NCBI GenBank assembly: GCA_024508725.1
Contig: JANINS010000001.1
Span: 55,837-119,836, forward strand
Direction: 5' to 3'
DNA from: Chitinophagaceae bacterium
GTDB taxonomy: Bacteria; Bacteroidota; Bacteroidia; Chitinophagales; Chitinophagaceae
Length of the DNA stretch: 64,000 nt
A model generated the notes under the pieces. It had not been told where the DNA came from. It did no database searches and saw only the letters and a list, made by a program, of their open reading frames with translations. This document shows, one piece after another, positions 29,923-40,207 of the stretch. Made by a program: the position numbers and the translations under genes. Position 1 is the first letter of the stretch. Every line of letters starts with the position of its first letter.

Positions 29923-30462
29923 TCATTCCTTAGTTGATGAAGTATTAATGCATCTTTTCAATCTTTCCACCACCTTAACTGCATATTCCAACTGCACCGG
30001 AAAAAAATCTTTTGCAACAGGTACGATCTTTTCTTCATGTACCACTTTTCCTTTAAATGTAATTGCACAATAGGCAAACAGTTGATTGCCTGATTCCGGA
30101 ACAGGTGAAGCATAACCGGTAATACCTACTCCCCAATCGCATCTAAATAATTCTGCAACCCCCAATGCCATCTGAGAAGCAGTTTGCGCAGAAACACAAT
30201 TACATTGTTCTGCCTGTATCGGCTCAATACCCAAATGCAACACTTTCTGACCAATATTGTATGCTGTGATACCGCCCTGGAAAAATTTCGCAGCTTCAGT
30301 GGCAGCACTGATCACAGCCTGCAGTATACCGGAGGTTACACTTTCAGCAACAGCCAGTGTTTGCTTTCGCTGTACCAGTGCATCTTTTAGCTCATCGATC
30401 GATTGTTTGGAGATCAGTTCCACCATATGGCATTTCTCTCCAAATGGTGTGCCTGCAAGCAA
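29923..30462 (-). CDS. CinA C-terminal domain protein (PncC-like nicotinamide-nucleotide amidohydrolase)
   Basis: Motifs AVAESVTSGIL and GGITAYN. The true start is possibly the internal MVELISK. Confidence 0.7.
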   Translation of the reverse strand: MLAGTPFGEKCHMVELISKQSIDELKDALVQRKQTLAVAESVTSGILQAVISAATEAAKFFQGGITAYNIGQKVLHLGIEPIQAEQCNCVSAQTASQMALGVAELFRCDWGVGITGYASPVPESGNQLFAYCAITFKGKVVHEEKIVPVAKDFFPVQLEYAVKVVERLKRCINTSSTKE

Positions 30463-30621
30463 TTGAATGGTTTAAACGCTTAGTACAGCATGCATCTTGC
30501 TCATAAATGGAAATATTATATAAACAAATTACTGGCTTTCAAAGTTGGATATAAGCCTGGGCAAATTCCTTTTTAATCCACTTCCGAATATTTATCTTCG
30601 GAATACCAAACTACTTGCAAT

Positions 30622-31200
30622 ATGATCAGTGATCTTTTCAATCTGTTGTTCGATCTTAAAGGAATCGAACTGGTGCTATGGTGTATCGCCCTTCTCTTTT
30701 CCGTTCTCTTCGTAATACAAACGATCATTTCATTGTTTATTGGTGGCGATGGTGATATTGATGATAGTGGAAGTGATGGTCATGGAGATGCATTCCAGTT
30801 CTTTACTATCCGCAATATGATCATCTTCTTCACCATGTTTGGATGGAGTGGATTGGCTGCTTACAATGCAGGTTTGGGTAATGCAGCAACGATCATCATT
30901 GGATTGTTTGCAGGAATTGCCATGATTGCAATACTCTATGTGTTTATGCGTAATGCCAATAAACTCCGCAACAGTGGAACTCTACAAATGAAAAACACAG
31001 TAGACCAGATCGGTGAAACATATTTGCGTATTCCTGCGAAAAGAACAGGCACCGGCAAAATTCATGTACAGGTACAGGGAAGGCTGATGGAACTTGATGC
31101 CATGACCGATGACAATGAAGACATCGCTACCGGCAAACCAATACAGGTAGTAAGAACTTTGAACAACAGTATTGTACTCGTTACTACTGAACTTAATTAA
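30622..31200 (+). CDS. YqiJ/NfeD-like membrane protein (membrane anchor plus C-terminal OB-fold)
   Basis: N-terminal TM helices and a C-terminal beta-rich domain. It sits immediately upstream of the flotillin gene. Confidence 0.6.
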   Translation: MISDLFNLLFDLKGIELVLWCIALLFSVLFVIQTIISLFIGGDGDIDDSGSDGHGDAFQFFTIRNMIIFFTMFGWSGLAAYNAGLGNAATIIIGLFAGIAMIAILYVFMRNANKLRNSGTLQMKNTVDQIGETYLRIPAKRTGTGKIHVQVQGRLMELDAMTDDNEDIATGKPIQVVRTLNNSIVLVTTELN

Positions 31201-31216
31201 TCACTCATAAACCCAA

Positions 31217-32779
31217 TTGACAATGACAGGTTATCTCTTGATTGCAATTATCGCTGCGGTTGTATTTATCTTTTTACTGCTAATGAGCATGTTCAGCAGG
31301 TACAAGCGTTGCCCATCAGACAAAATTCTTGTGGTGTATGGTAAGGTAGGTAAAGGAACTGAAGGAAATTTATCTGCCAAGTGTATTCATGGTGGTGCTG
31401 CATTTATCTGGCCCATCATTCAGGATTATTCCTTCATGGATCTTACACCAATGTCGATTGAAGTGAATCTTACAAAAGCATTGAGTAAACAGAATATTCG
31501 TGTTGATGTTCCATCAAAGTTCACAGTAGGTATCTCTACAGAGCCTGGTGTGATGGAAAATGCCGCAGAACGTTTATTGGGTTTAAAGCCTGCCGATATT
31601 CATGCATTAGCCAATGATATCATTCTTGGACAAATGCGTTTAGTGGTTGCGATGATGGATATTGAAGAGATCAACAACAATCGTGATAAGTTCTTATCGA
31701 ATGTTGCTTCAAACGTAGAAGCTGAATTGAAGAAGATCGGTTTAAAACTGATCAACGTAAATATCACTGATATTAAAGACGAGAGTGGTTACATAGAAGC
31801 TTTGGGTAAAGAAGCTGCCGCTAAGGCCATTAACGAAGCAAAGAAAAGTGTTGCCGAGCAAGACAGGATAGGTGAGGTAGGCAAAGCAGAAGCAGAAAGA
31901 ACAAAAGACATCAGCATTCAGCAGGCACAGAAAGAACGTGACGTTAAGATCGCTGAAACACAAAGAGACAGAGACTCATTGATCGCAGTAGCAGAAAAAG
32001 ATAAAGAGATATTGATCGCTGCAGCAACAAGAGACGAGCAGATTGGTAAAGTTGAAGCAGAGAGAGACACACGTATCAAGACGGCGGAAGCAAATGCAGT
32101 AGCGGTTCAGGGAGAGAACCAGTCGAAGATACAGATCGCTATGTCTGATGCTGAAAGAAGAGAAAGAGAAGCAGAAGCTTTGAAAAAAGCACTTGCTGCA
32201 GAAAAAGTTCAGGCGGCGAAAGCTTTAGAAGAAGCTTACCTCGCAGAACGTAAAGCAGAAGAAGCAAGGGCTGAAAGAGAAAGAGCTTCGCAGAATGCAA
32301 ACATTGTAGTATCGGCTGAGATCGAAAAACAAAAAGCGATCATAGAAGCTCAGGCAGAAGCAGAGAAAATAAGAGAGAAGGCAAAAGGTGAAGCTGATGC
32401 GATCTATGCTAAACTGGAAGCAGAAGCAAGAGGTATGTATGAGATACTTACTAAGCAGGCTGAAGGTTTGGATCAGATCGTTAAGGCTGCAGGTAATAAT
32501 CCGAAAGATGCTGTGTTGCTATTGATCTCTGATAAATTACCAGAACTGGTGAAGATGCAGACCGATGCAATTAAGAACATCAAGATCGATAAAGTAACTG
32601 TTTGGGAGAATGGTTCAAATACAAATGGAAAAAACTCAACAGCTAATTTCGTATCGGGATTGTATAAAGCAGTTCCGCCGTTGAAAGATATTTTTGATAT
32701 GGCTGGAATGGATCTTCCTGGTTATTTGGGAAAGAGCAAAGACAATGGTGATGATAAACCCGTTGAACTTCTTGATTAA
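31217..32779 (+). CDS. flotillin-family (SPFH/Band-7) protein, YqiK/FloT-like
   Basis: N-terminal TM helix, an SPFH domain, and a long EA-rich coiled-coil. Confidence 0.85.
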   Translation: MTMTGYLLIAIIAAVVFIFLLLMSMFSRYKRCPSDKILVVYGKVGKGTEGNLSAKCIHGGAAFIWPIIQDYSFMDLTPMSIEVNLTKALSKQNIRVDVPSKFTVGISTEPGVMENAAERLLGLKPADIHALANDIILGQMRLVVAMMDIEEINNNRDKFLSNVASNVEAELKKIGLKLINVNITDIKDESGYIEALGKEAAAKAINEAKKSVAEQDRIGEVGKAEAERTKDISIQQAQKERDVKIAETQRDRDSLIAVAEKDKEILIAAATRDEQIGKVEAERDTRIKTAEANAVAVQGENQSKIQIAMSDAERREREAEALKKALAAEKVQAAKALEEAYLAERKAEEARAERERASQNANIVVSAEIEKQKAIIEAQAEAEKIREKAKGEADAIYAKLEAEARGMYEILTKQAEGLDQIVKAAGNNPKDAVLLLISDKLPELVKMQTDAIKNIKIDKVTVWENGSNTNGKNSTANFVSGLYKAVPPLKDIFDMAGMDLPGYLGKSKDNGDDKPVELLD

Positions 32780-32797
32780 ATAAAACACATTTGTGAT

Positions 32798-32834
32798 AAA
32801 AAAAAGTCCCGCACAAAATTGGCGGGACTTTTAG
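32798..32834. terminator. bidirectional terminator
   Basis: Stem GTCCCGC / GCGGGAC flanked by an A8 run and a T-run. Confidence 0.6.
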
Positions 32835-32850
32835 TATAGTTACAGGTAAA

Positions 32851-33099
32851 TTATCTGTCGATCGAGCCCATTACTTTCTTCATAAAAGTATTTGCGGCAT
32901 CTTTTTCAGGCATACCCTCAGCGATCATCTGGTGTACTTCTAAAGCACCACACATATTAGAGATCAGCTCTCCTATCACATTCAGTTCTTCATCTTTAAG
33001 AGATGCAGCTTCTGAAGTGGCTTCTAACACCTTGATAGCAATTTCGATCTCGTCCTGTGAACAACTTCGCTGTATCTGCCTAATTACCGGTAGCTTCAT
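32851..33099 (-). CDS. small hypothetical protein, co-transcribed with the thioredoxin gene
   Basis: Overlaps the thioredoxin gene by 20 nt. No domain recognised. Confidence 0.4.
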   Translation of the reverse strand: MKLPVIRQIQRSCSQDEIEIAIKVLEATSEAASLKDEELNVIGELISNMCGALEVHQMIAEGMPEKDAANTFMKKVMGSIDR

Positions 33100-33394
33100 C
33101 GATCAACGTTTTTAACTGTTCTTCTTTATTCGTTTGAACCTGGTTCACCAATGCTCCTTTTTTGAAGCTTGCAAAAGTTGGCAGGTTGTTTACGTTAGCC
33201 AGCTTTCTTGATGCAGGAAATTTTTCTGCATCAGCAATTACGAAAGTTGCGTTGCCATAATCGCCTGCAAGTCTTTTAAACTTCGGTTTCATCAGCCTGC
33301 AATTGCCACACCATCCTGCAGAGTATTGAACGATCACTGTATCATTCTCTGCAACGATCTGCGCCAGGTTATCTTCTGTTAGCTCTATCATCAC
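33080..33394 (-). CDS. thioredoxin-family protein with the active-site variant WCGNC
   Basis: Thioredoxin fold of 104 aa with a CGNC motif in place of CGPC. Confidence 0.8.
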   Translation of the reverse strand: MMIELTEDNLAQIVAENDTVIVQYSAGWCGNCRLMKPKFKRLAGDYGNATFVIADAEKFPASRKLANVNNLPTFASFKKGALVNQVQTNKEEQLKTLIDEATGN

Positions 33395-33400
33395 TTATCA

Positions 33401-34033
33401 TTAATTGTTTGAGAAATACTCAGCAACACCTTCATTGGTAGCTTTCATTGCAGCTTCACCTTCTTCCCAGTTTGCAGGACAAACCTCACCGTATTTTTCA
33501 ACATGCAACTGAGCATCTATCAAACGAATATATTCATCGATGTTTCTGCCCAATGGGAAATCGTTAACAGACTCATGTCTTACCACACCTGCTTTATCGA
33601 TCAGGAAGGTTCCCCTGTAAGCGATAGGTGCTCCTGAAAAAGACCATGTTCTTGTTTCGTTATCAAACTGGTATTCACCACCGAGTACGCCGTAATTTAA
33701 AGAGATCACTTTTGCGGTATCTGCAACGATAGGAAAAGTAACACCCTGTATTCCTCCATTGTCTTTAGGCGTGTTCAACCATGCAAGATGTGTTTCTTCT
33801 GTGTCAGTAGAACAGCCGATCACTACAGTATCTCTTTTAGCAAATTCAGCCAGCTTTTCCTGGAAAGCATGGATCTCGGTAGGACAAACAAATGTGAAAT
33901 CTTTTGGATAGAAGAAGAAGATCACATTCTTTTTGCCAACGTACTGTTCAAGGCTGAAATTTTCAACGATCTCTTCGCCATTAATTACTGCACCTGCTGT
34001 GAACTTAGGTGCCTGCTTACCAACTAGTGCCAT
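33401..34033 (-). CDS. ahpC: typical 2-Cys peroxiredoxin (AhpC/Tsa family)
   Basis: Peroxidatic motif FTFVCPTE and resolving motif VCPANW. Confidence 0.9.
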   Translation of the reverse strand: MALVGKQAPKFTAGAVINGEEIVENFSLEQYVGKKNVIFFFYPKDFTFVCPTEIHAFQEKLAEFAKRDTVVIGCSTDTEETHLAWLNTPKDNGGIQGVTFPIVADTAKVISLNYGVLGGEYQFDNETRTWSFSGAPIAYRGTFLIDKAGVVRHESVNDFPLGRNIDEYIRLIDAQLHVEKYGEVCPANWEEGEAAMKATNEGVAEYFSNN

Positions 34034-34258
34034 ATTTATATTTATTTACAATTTTTAAAATAATCATACAGAAGCACACAAGTGCTTTCCCTCATAAGTG
34101 ACTGCAATCGTTGTGAAAATTTTGCCGGATGTAGGCATCAATTCCGAAGGATGCAAAGATATTAAAACGAAAGAAGATTTAATAGCTTACAATCGAAGAG
34201 AAAGTGAAAGTTATAAGCAGCGGTGGGAGGAATAAAAAGGAGAGACTATAACAAATGT

Positions 34259-35500
34259 TTATATTGATGTAGAAGGCGATGCAATTGCTTTCGCTGCGAT
34301 CCATCCACTGGTCCATGCATGTTGAAAGTTGAAGCCACCGGTAATTCCATCAACATCCAATATCTCACCGGCAAAGAAAAGATGAGGAATGATCCGGCTT
34401 TGCATGGTGTTAGCATCTACTTCTGATAATTTTATTCCCCCGCAGGTTACAAATTCTTCTTTGAAAGTTGTTTTGCCTTTAACATGAAACTCAGCAGCAG
34501 TAAGCAGTTGTATCAGCTTATTCTGTTCTTTAGATGAAACATCTGTCCACCGTTTTGATTCATCGATACCTGATTGTTGCAGAAAAAAACTCCAAAGCCG
34601 ATTGGGTAAGCCGAATGGATTCTTACTGTATATCTTTTGTGCTGCAAAACGATTCCTGATATCCTGCCAATCTTCTCTCAGTGATTGTTCAGTGTGATAG
34701 GCTAACCAATTAACCAGTATCGTAAAATCATATTGTTTAACGGCAAGATCTCTTGCACCCCAGGCAGAAGTTTTTAACGTAGCTGGTCCGCTTAATCCCC
34801 AGTGAGTGATCAGCAATGGTCCGCTTTCCTGGAGTTTGGTTCCTATTACTTTGATCGTCGCTTTTTCTACGCTAACACCCATCAATTGCGTAATAGCATT
34901 TCCGGGTAAATTAAAAGTGAATAAAGAAGGTATCGGTGATTCGATTGTATGTCCCAATTGTTTTAACCAGTCGAATTGGGTTTCTTTAGCAAAACCACCG
35001 GTAGCAACACAACACAGATCCGCTTCTAAAGTTCTTGAGCCAGATAATTGAAAATAGAATTGCTGTGTATCACGATTGAAGGTAATGTTCTTTACTTCAG
35101 TATTCATCCTTACCTCAACACCAAACTTATTTGCCTCACGAACAAGACAGTCAATTATAGTTTGTGATGAATCAGTAACAGGAAACATTCTTCCATCGGG
35201 TTCTGCTTTTAACTTTACGCCTCTCTCTTCAAACCAATTGATCGTATCTTTTGTGCTGAACCAGTGGAAGGTCTTCTTCAAAAAATTCTTCCCTCGTGGA
35301 TAACGTTTGATCAGTTCAGCAATATCGAAGCAGGCATGTGTTACGTTACATCTGCCGCCTCCACTTACTTTAACTTTTGATAGCAGTTTATTGCTTTTCT
35401 CAACAATAATAACTTTTAAAGAAGGATCTAATCTCGCAGCATTCACCGCACAGAAAAAACCTGCGGCACCACCACCAATGACAACGAGCTGCTTTTGCAT
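34259..35500 (-). CDS. HI0933/YhiN-family NAD(P)/FAD-dependent oxidoreductase
   Basis: GGGAAG dinucleotide fold and GGGRCN motif. Confidence 0.8.
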   Translation of the reverse strand: MQKQLVVIGGGAAGFFCAVNAARLDPSLKVIIVEKSNKLLSKVKVSGGGRCNVTHACFDIAELIKRYPRGKNFLKKTFHWFSTKDTINWFEERGVKLKAEPDGRMFPVTDSSQTIIDCLVREANKFGVEVRMNTEVKNITFNRDTQQFYFQLSGSRTLEADLCCVATGGFAKETQFDWLKQLGHTIESPIPSLFTFNLPGNAITQLMGVSVEKATIKVIGTKLQESGPLLITHWGLSGPATLKTSAWGARDLAVKQYDFTILVNWLAYHTEQSLREDWQDIRNRFAAQKIYSKNPFGLPNRLWSFFLQQSGIDESKRWTDVSSKEQNKLIQLLTAAEFHVKGKTTFKEEFVTCGGIKLSEVDANTMQSRIIPHLFFAGEILDVDGITGGFNFQHAWTSGWIAAKAIASPSTSI

Positions 35501-35545
35501 GAGACAAAGAAAGTAAATTGATTGTGCAAATAGGTTAGAGGGTAA

Positions 35546-35866
35546 CTAATTCTTCTGCAGTTCAAAGCTCATGATGCCACTTAAAATTAAGTCGTTGAAG
35601 AAGGTATCCCTGATCTTCTCTGCAATATCATCTCCTAGTTTTGAGTACACTTTGATATTGTTCACCTTCGACCAATCGGCTGAGCTACGGTCGAAGCTAT
35701 AGCTGAAAGCAACATCGTCTTCTGTAAGATTTTTGTTCATATCGTTCGTAGCTAATGCTCTTCCGATATAATAAAAAGTTCCTTCCAACTCGGTCACTTC
35801 GTATTCTATCAGATAAAACAAAGGTTCACCGCTTGCATCAAGTTGTTTCGCTGCGAATCGTAGCAT
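35546..35866 (-). CDS. hypothetical protein
   Basis: A 106-aa ORF with good coding appearance and no known domain. Confidence 0.4.
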   Translation of the reverse strand: MLRFAAKQLDASGEPLFYLIEYEVTELEGTFYYIGRALATNDMNKNLTEDDVAFSYSFDRSSADWSKVNNIKVYSKLGDDIAEKIRDTFFNDLILSGIMSFELQKN

Positions 35867-35875
35867 GATCCAATT

Positions 35876-36706
35876 TTAGAAAGTAAAAACTTTACTTGGA
35901 GTAAGATTACTATTGGCAGCTTCTGCAGCTTCTATTATGCTGTAATCGCTTAAGATCATTGCTTTATTTTTCTTCACGCAAACATCGTGTTCAAAGTGTA
36001 CACTCACTTTTCCATCACGGGTACGAACTGTCCAGCCATCATCTTCTGTATACACATCTTTTGTTCCCAGATTGATCATTGGTTCGATCGCAAGCACAAT
36101 ATTCTCTTTCAGTTTGGTACCATTACCTTTCTTGCCATAATTGGGAACCTGAGGATCTTCATGCATGCTTCTACCCAATCCATGACCTACCAATTCTCTC
36201 ACTACACCATAACCATGCTCTTTCTCCGTGAATTTCTGAATGGCAAAACCAATATCACCCACACGATTCCCGGCAACAGCTTGTTCAATTCCTTTATATA
36301 AACTTTCCTTTGTTATGTTCACGATCTGTTTAGCTTCTTCTGAAGCTTCACCAAGAATGAACGTGTAAGCATGATCTCCATGCCATCCATTCAGGATCAC
36401 ACCCATATCAATACTCACTACATCACCATCTTTCAATGCAATATTATTGGGAAAGCCATGTACCACCACATCATTGATGCTGGCACAAACATTATAAGGG
36501 TAACCGTTGTAGTTAAGAAAACTTGGAATTGCTTTGTGATCTCTCACAAACTCACCACACAACTTATCGATCTGCATCGTGGTAACACCTGGCTTTAGCA
36601 TCTTAGCAACTTCGGTAAGTGTCTGGCTTACCAAAACCGCTGATTGTTTCATCAATGCAATTTGGTCTTCGGTTTTCTGGATCATCATACCATTAGGTCT
36701 TTTCAT
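35876..36706 (-). CDS. map: type I methionine aminopeptidase
   Basis: Metal-ligand blocks are present (D..D..H..E..E pattern; VVHGFP; IDMG). The start may be the internal MMIQK. Confidence 0.9.
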   Translation of the reverse strand: MKRPNGMMIQKTEDQIALMKQSAVLVSQTLTEVAKMLKPGVTTMQIDKLCGEFVRDHKAIPSFLNYNGYPYNVCASINDVVVHGFPNNIALKDGDVVSIDMGVILNGWHGDHAYTFILGEASEEAKQIVNITKESLYKGIEQAVAGNRVGDIGFAIQKFTEKEHGYGVVRELVGHGLGRSMHEDPQVPNYGKKGNGTKLKENIVLAIEPMINLGTKDVYTEDDGWTVRTRDGKVSVHFEHDVCVKKNKAMILSDYSIIEAAEAANSNLTPSKVFTF

Positions 36707-36770
36707 ATCTGATGTAAGATGTGTGACGTAAAAAATGTATTGCGCCAGCTACATCTTTTTATTCATCGTT

Positions 36771-36790
36771 CCTTGCGTCGCACACTTATA
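36771..36790. repeat. degenerate copy of the 20-bp element (CTTGCGTCGCACACTTATAC)
   Basis: 16 of 20 positions match the consensus. Confidence 0.4.
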
Positions 36791-36820
36791 CAACATTATG
36801 CATGGCAGCAAGAACGACTT

Positions 36821-36855
36821 CAAAATAAACAAGCCTGCTACTTGGTAACAGGCTT
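36821..36855 (-). terminator. rho-independent terminator after secY
   Basis: On the minus strand the stem CAAGCCTG...CAGGCTTG is followed by TTTATTTT. Confidence 0.6.
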
Positions 36856-36922
36856 GCAAATGTCTAATATAATTTCGAGATTTTGTTTCCTGTCAACTGT
36901 AAACAGTCAACTGTCAACTAAA

Positions 36923-38284
36923 TTATCCCTGTGTTGCAGTAGAAAGTGTAGTTTGTCTTCCCTGTATCCTTCCACCTTTCATCAATCCATCGTATTGACG
37001 CATTAACAGGTGTGTTTCGATCTGTTGAAGTGTATCAAGAATAACACCCACCATGATCAGCAAAGATGTACCGCCAAAGAAAGTACTGAACTGTGCGGTA
37101 ACACCAAGCTTCTGCGCAAATCCAGGTAAGATACCAACTACAGCCAGTAAAATAGCTCCAGGTAATGTGATCTTATCCATGATCGCTCCGATATAATCGG
37201 CAGTTGGCTGACCAGGTTTTACACCCGGAATAAATCCATTGTTACGTTTCAGGTCTTCAGCAATTTGTTTTGGATTAAAGATCAATGCTGTGTAAAGGAA
37301 TGTAAATCCAATTACCATTACAGCATAAATGATCATGTACCATCCATTGCTATGATCGTTGAAGGTTCTTGTGATCCAGCCTGCACTTTCACTGTCTCTG
37401 AAACCTGTGAAAGAGATCAGTGTTGGAAGGAACATGATGGCTTGTGCAAAGATGATCGGCATTACACCGGCACTGTTCACTTTCATTGGAAGGAACTGTC
37501 TTGCACCACCCACCTGCCTGTTACCAACGATCTGCTTGGCATAGTTGATAGCGATCTTTCTTACACCTTGTACCAATACGATCAATCCCATGATCACTGC
37601 AATAAGAATAGCGATCTCGATCAAGAATATCAATAATCCACCACCACCTTTAGCCTGCTTTGCTCCAAATTCCTGGATAGCAGCTTGTGGTAAACGTGCA
37701 AGGATACCAACCATGATGATGATAGAAGTACCGTTACCCAAACCTTTATCCTGTATTTTCTCACCCAACCACATTACGAATAATGTACCTGCAGTAAGCA
37801 AAACAACAGTTGAAAAAACGAAATAAGGCTGATAGCTTTCAATGAATACGCCTTCAGAGCCAAGGCTGTTGAGGTACCCGATATATGCACTTGCCTGGAA
37901 AGCAGTTACAATAACAGTGAGGTAACGTGTCCATTGATTGATCTTCTTTCTACCGCTTTCGCCTTCTTTCTGGATCTTTTGCATCTGAGGAACGAGAATC
38001 GTCATCAACTGCATAAAGATCGAAGCAGAGATATAAGGCATGATACCTAAAGCGAGAATAGAAGCTTGTGAGAAAGCACCACCGGCAAACATATCGAACA
38101 AACCAAGTAGTCCTCCGCTTTTAGCTGATTTTACAGCAGCTTCCATAGCGTTTGGATTGATACCAGGTAAAACGATGTGTGTACCAAAACGATAAACCAG
38201 TATTAAAGCAAGAGTGATAACGATCTTAGATTTGAGCTCGTCTATACTCCAGATATTCTTCAGGGTCTGTATTAATTTTTTCAC
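36923..38284 (-). CDS. secY: preprotein translocase subunit SecY
   Basis: Ten TM segments with the SecY signature. Confidence 0.95.
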   Translation of the reverse strand: MKKLIQTLKNIWSIDELKSKIVITLALILVYRFGTHIVLPGINPNAMEAAVKSAKSGGLLGLFDMFAGGAFSQASILALGIMPYISASIFMQLMTILVPQMQKIQKEGESGRKKINQWTRYLTVIVTAFQASAYIGYLNSLGSEGVFIESYQPYFVFSTVVLLTAGTLFVMWLGEKIQDKGLGNGTSIIIMVGILARLPQAAIQEFGAKQAKGGGGLLIFLIEIAILIAVIMGLIVLVQGVRKIAINYAKQIVGNRQVGGARQFLPMKVNSAGVMPIIFAQAIMFLPTLISFTGFRDSESAGWITRTFNDHSNGWYMIIYAVMVIGFTFLYTALIFNPKQIAEDLKRNNGFIPGVKPGQPTADYIGAIMDKITLPGAILLAVVGILPGFAQKLGVTAQFSTFFGGTSLLIMVGVILDTLQQIETHLLMRQYDGLMKGGRIQGRQTTLSTATQG

Positions 38285-38361
38285 CGGATTTCTTGTTAAG
38301 CGTTAAATGCACTTTGCCTATTCGGCATCTTTCAATTGCGAATCGGCAAGTTACGGTTTTA

Positions 38362-38808
38362 CTAGATTACTTCTACGCTTCCACCAGCTGCTTCGATAGC
38401 TGATTTTGCTTTCTCACTTATCGCATTTACTTTGAATGTGAGTTTAGCTTTCAGTTCTCCGTTACCCAACACTTTTACTTTGTCGGTTCTGCTGATGAGT
38501 CCGTTGATATACAGATTTTCTAAAGAAAATTCAGTGAAGCCATATTTTTCAGCAAGTTGGTCTATCTGACCCAAGTTAAATACAGTGTATTCAACTCTGT
38601 TTGGATTTTTAAAGCCACGTTTAGGGATACGACGCTGAATTGGCATCTGTCCACCTTCGTGAGCCATCTTACGCTGGTAACCAGCACGGCTTTGTCCACC
38701 TTTGTTACCTTTTGTTGAAGTTCCACCTTTACCGGAAGCTTCACCACGACCTAATCTTTTCTCTTTGTGCGTTGAACCTTCTGCAGGTTTCAGAGTGTGT
38801 AGTTTCAT
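38362..38808 (-). CDS. rplO: 50S ribosomal protein L15
   Basis: Homology and position in the spc operon. Confidence 0.95.
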   Translation of the reverse strand: MKLHTLKPAEGSTHKEKRLGRGEASGKGGTSTKGNKGGQSRAGYQRKMAHEGGQMPIQRRIPKRGFKNPNRVEYTVFNLGQIDQLAEKYGFTEFSLENLYINGLISRTDKVKVLGNGELKAKLTFKVNAISEKAKSAIEAAGGSVEVI

Positions 38809-38945
38809 CTTTGTTTGATTTTGAACTTACGGGGAATCACCCCTCGCAAATGTTTAATTAGAAATAAGAAATGCAAAATGAGAAATAAGAAGGGAGAACA
38901 CAACTTGGCGTTACTCATTCTTATTTCTCATCTTTATTGAAGGGG

Positions 38946-39128
38946 TTAAGCCAATTCTTCAACAGTAACCAGGTGGTTCACTTTACGAACCATACCAAGT
39001 ATTTGTGGAGTAGCTTCAACCTCTTTGGTTGAGTTGGTTTTATTTAAACCCAAAGCCTTCAGCGTGAGCTTTTGACGCTCAGGACGATCGATCGGGCTTT
39101 TTACTAATGTTATCTTGATCTTTTTCAT
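38946..39128 (-). CDS. rpmD: 50S ribosomal protein L30
   Basis: Homology and operon position. Confidence 0.9.
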   Translation of the reverse strand: MKKIKITLVKSPIDRPERQKLTLKALGLNKTNSTKEVEATPQILGMVRKVNHLVTVEELA

Positions 39129-39172
39129 AAAACTCAGTTTCGGTCGACGGTCGACGGACGACAGACGACGGT

Positions 39173-39694
39173 TTATCCGTTAAAAACTTTCGTCAACTTC
39201 AGGTTTCTGTTTCTTGATACAGTGATCGGCTCTCTCAACAAGCTTAATGCTTTGATGGTAGCTTTTACCACGTTGTGTGGGTTAGCAGAACCCAGGCTTT
39301 TCGCCAATACGTCTGTTACACCAGCACTTTCAAGAACAGCTCTCATAGAACCTCCGGCGATCACACCAGCTCCATGAGCTGCCGGCTTAATAAGTACTTT
39401 CGCAGCACCTTCTCTAGCCAACTGATCGTGAGGAATTGTACCATGCATAACAGGAACTTTGATCAGGTTCTTCTTAGCATCTTCAATTCCTTTTGTGATA
39501 GCTTCCTGAACTTCTTTTGCTTTACCTAAACCGGTACCAACAACTCCGTTAGAGTTACCAACTACCACTAAAGCAGAGAAGCTGAAAGTACGACCACCTT
39601 TAGTAGTTTTTACCACACGGTTAATGGCAACAACTTTCTCTTTCAGTTCCATTTCGCCGCCTGGCTTCACTTTATTTACAATAGCTTTAGACAT
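39173..39694 (-). CDS. rpsE: 30S ribosomal protein S5
   Basis: Homology. Confidence 0.95.
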   Translation of the reverse strand: MSKAIVNKVKPGGEMELKEKVVAINRVVKTTKGGRTFSFSALVVVGNSNGVVGTGLGKAKEVQEAITKGIEDAKKNLIKVPVMHGTIPHDQLAREGAAKVLIKPAAHGAGVIAGGSMRAVLESAGVTDVLAKSLGSANPHNVVKATIKALSLLREPITVSRNRNLKLTKVFNG

Positions 39695-39720
39695 TATCTG
39701 ACAATTAGTATGTTTTGTAA

Positions 39721-40074
39721 TTAGAATTGAAGACCACCTTCTCTTGCACCTTCAGCTATCGCTTTGATACGTCCGTGATAAAGGTTACCGCCTCTGTCGA
39801 AAACGCAAGTTGAGATTCCTAATTCTGTTGCTTTTCTTGCTACAGCAGCACCAACCAGTTTCGCCATTTCAACCTTTGGTCCTTTTTGTGCAGCAATATC
39901 TTTATCTCTTGAAGATGCAGCAGCCAAAGTTTGACCATTATCATCATCAATTAACTGGGCATAGATCTCTTTGTTACTTCTGAAAATGCTCAGGCGAGGT
40001 TTGCTTGCAGTACCAGCCACTTTCTTACGAATGCGGTACCTGATCTTTTGCCTTTGTTCTAATTTGGTATTCAT
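39721..40074 (-). CDS. rplR: 50S ribosomal protein L18
   Basis: Homology. Confidence 0.95.
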   Translation of the reverse strand: MNTKLEQRQKIRYRIRKKVAGTASKPRLSIFRSNKEIYAQLIDDDNGQTLAAASSRDKDIAAQKGPKVEMAKLVGAAVARKATELGISTCVFDRGGNLYHGRIKAIAEGAREGGLQF

Positions 40075-40207
40075 TGTTCTTTATTTATGCTCTCCGATTC
40101 TGCCGGAAAGTCGTTTGTAGTTTCTGGTTTCTCGTTATTCGTTTCTCGTTTAGAGACTGCAAATTTGAACAGCACAACGAAAAACCAGGAACGAGAAACG
40201 GTTAATA

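Noticed and set aside
36707-36922. Search for rpmJ or infA between map and secY
   Set aside because: Translation of both strands gives no K/R-rich small ORF. The region instead holds the secY terminator, a degenerate copy of the 20-bp element and GTCAACTG direct repeats.
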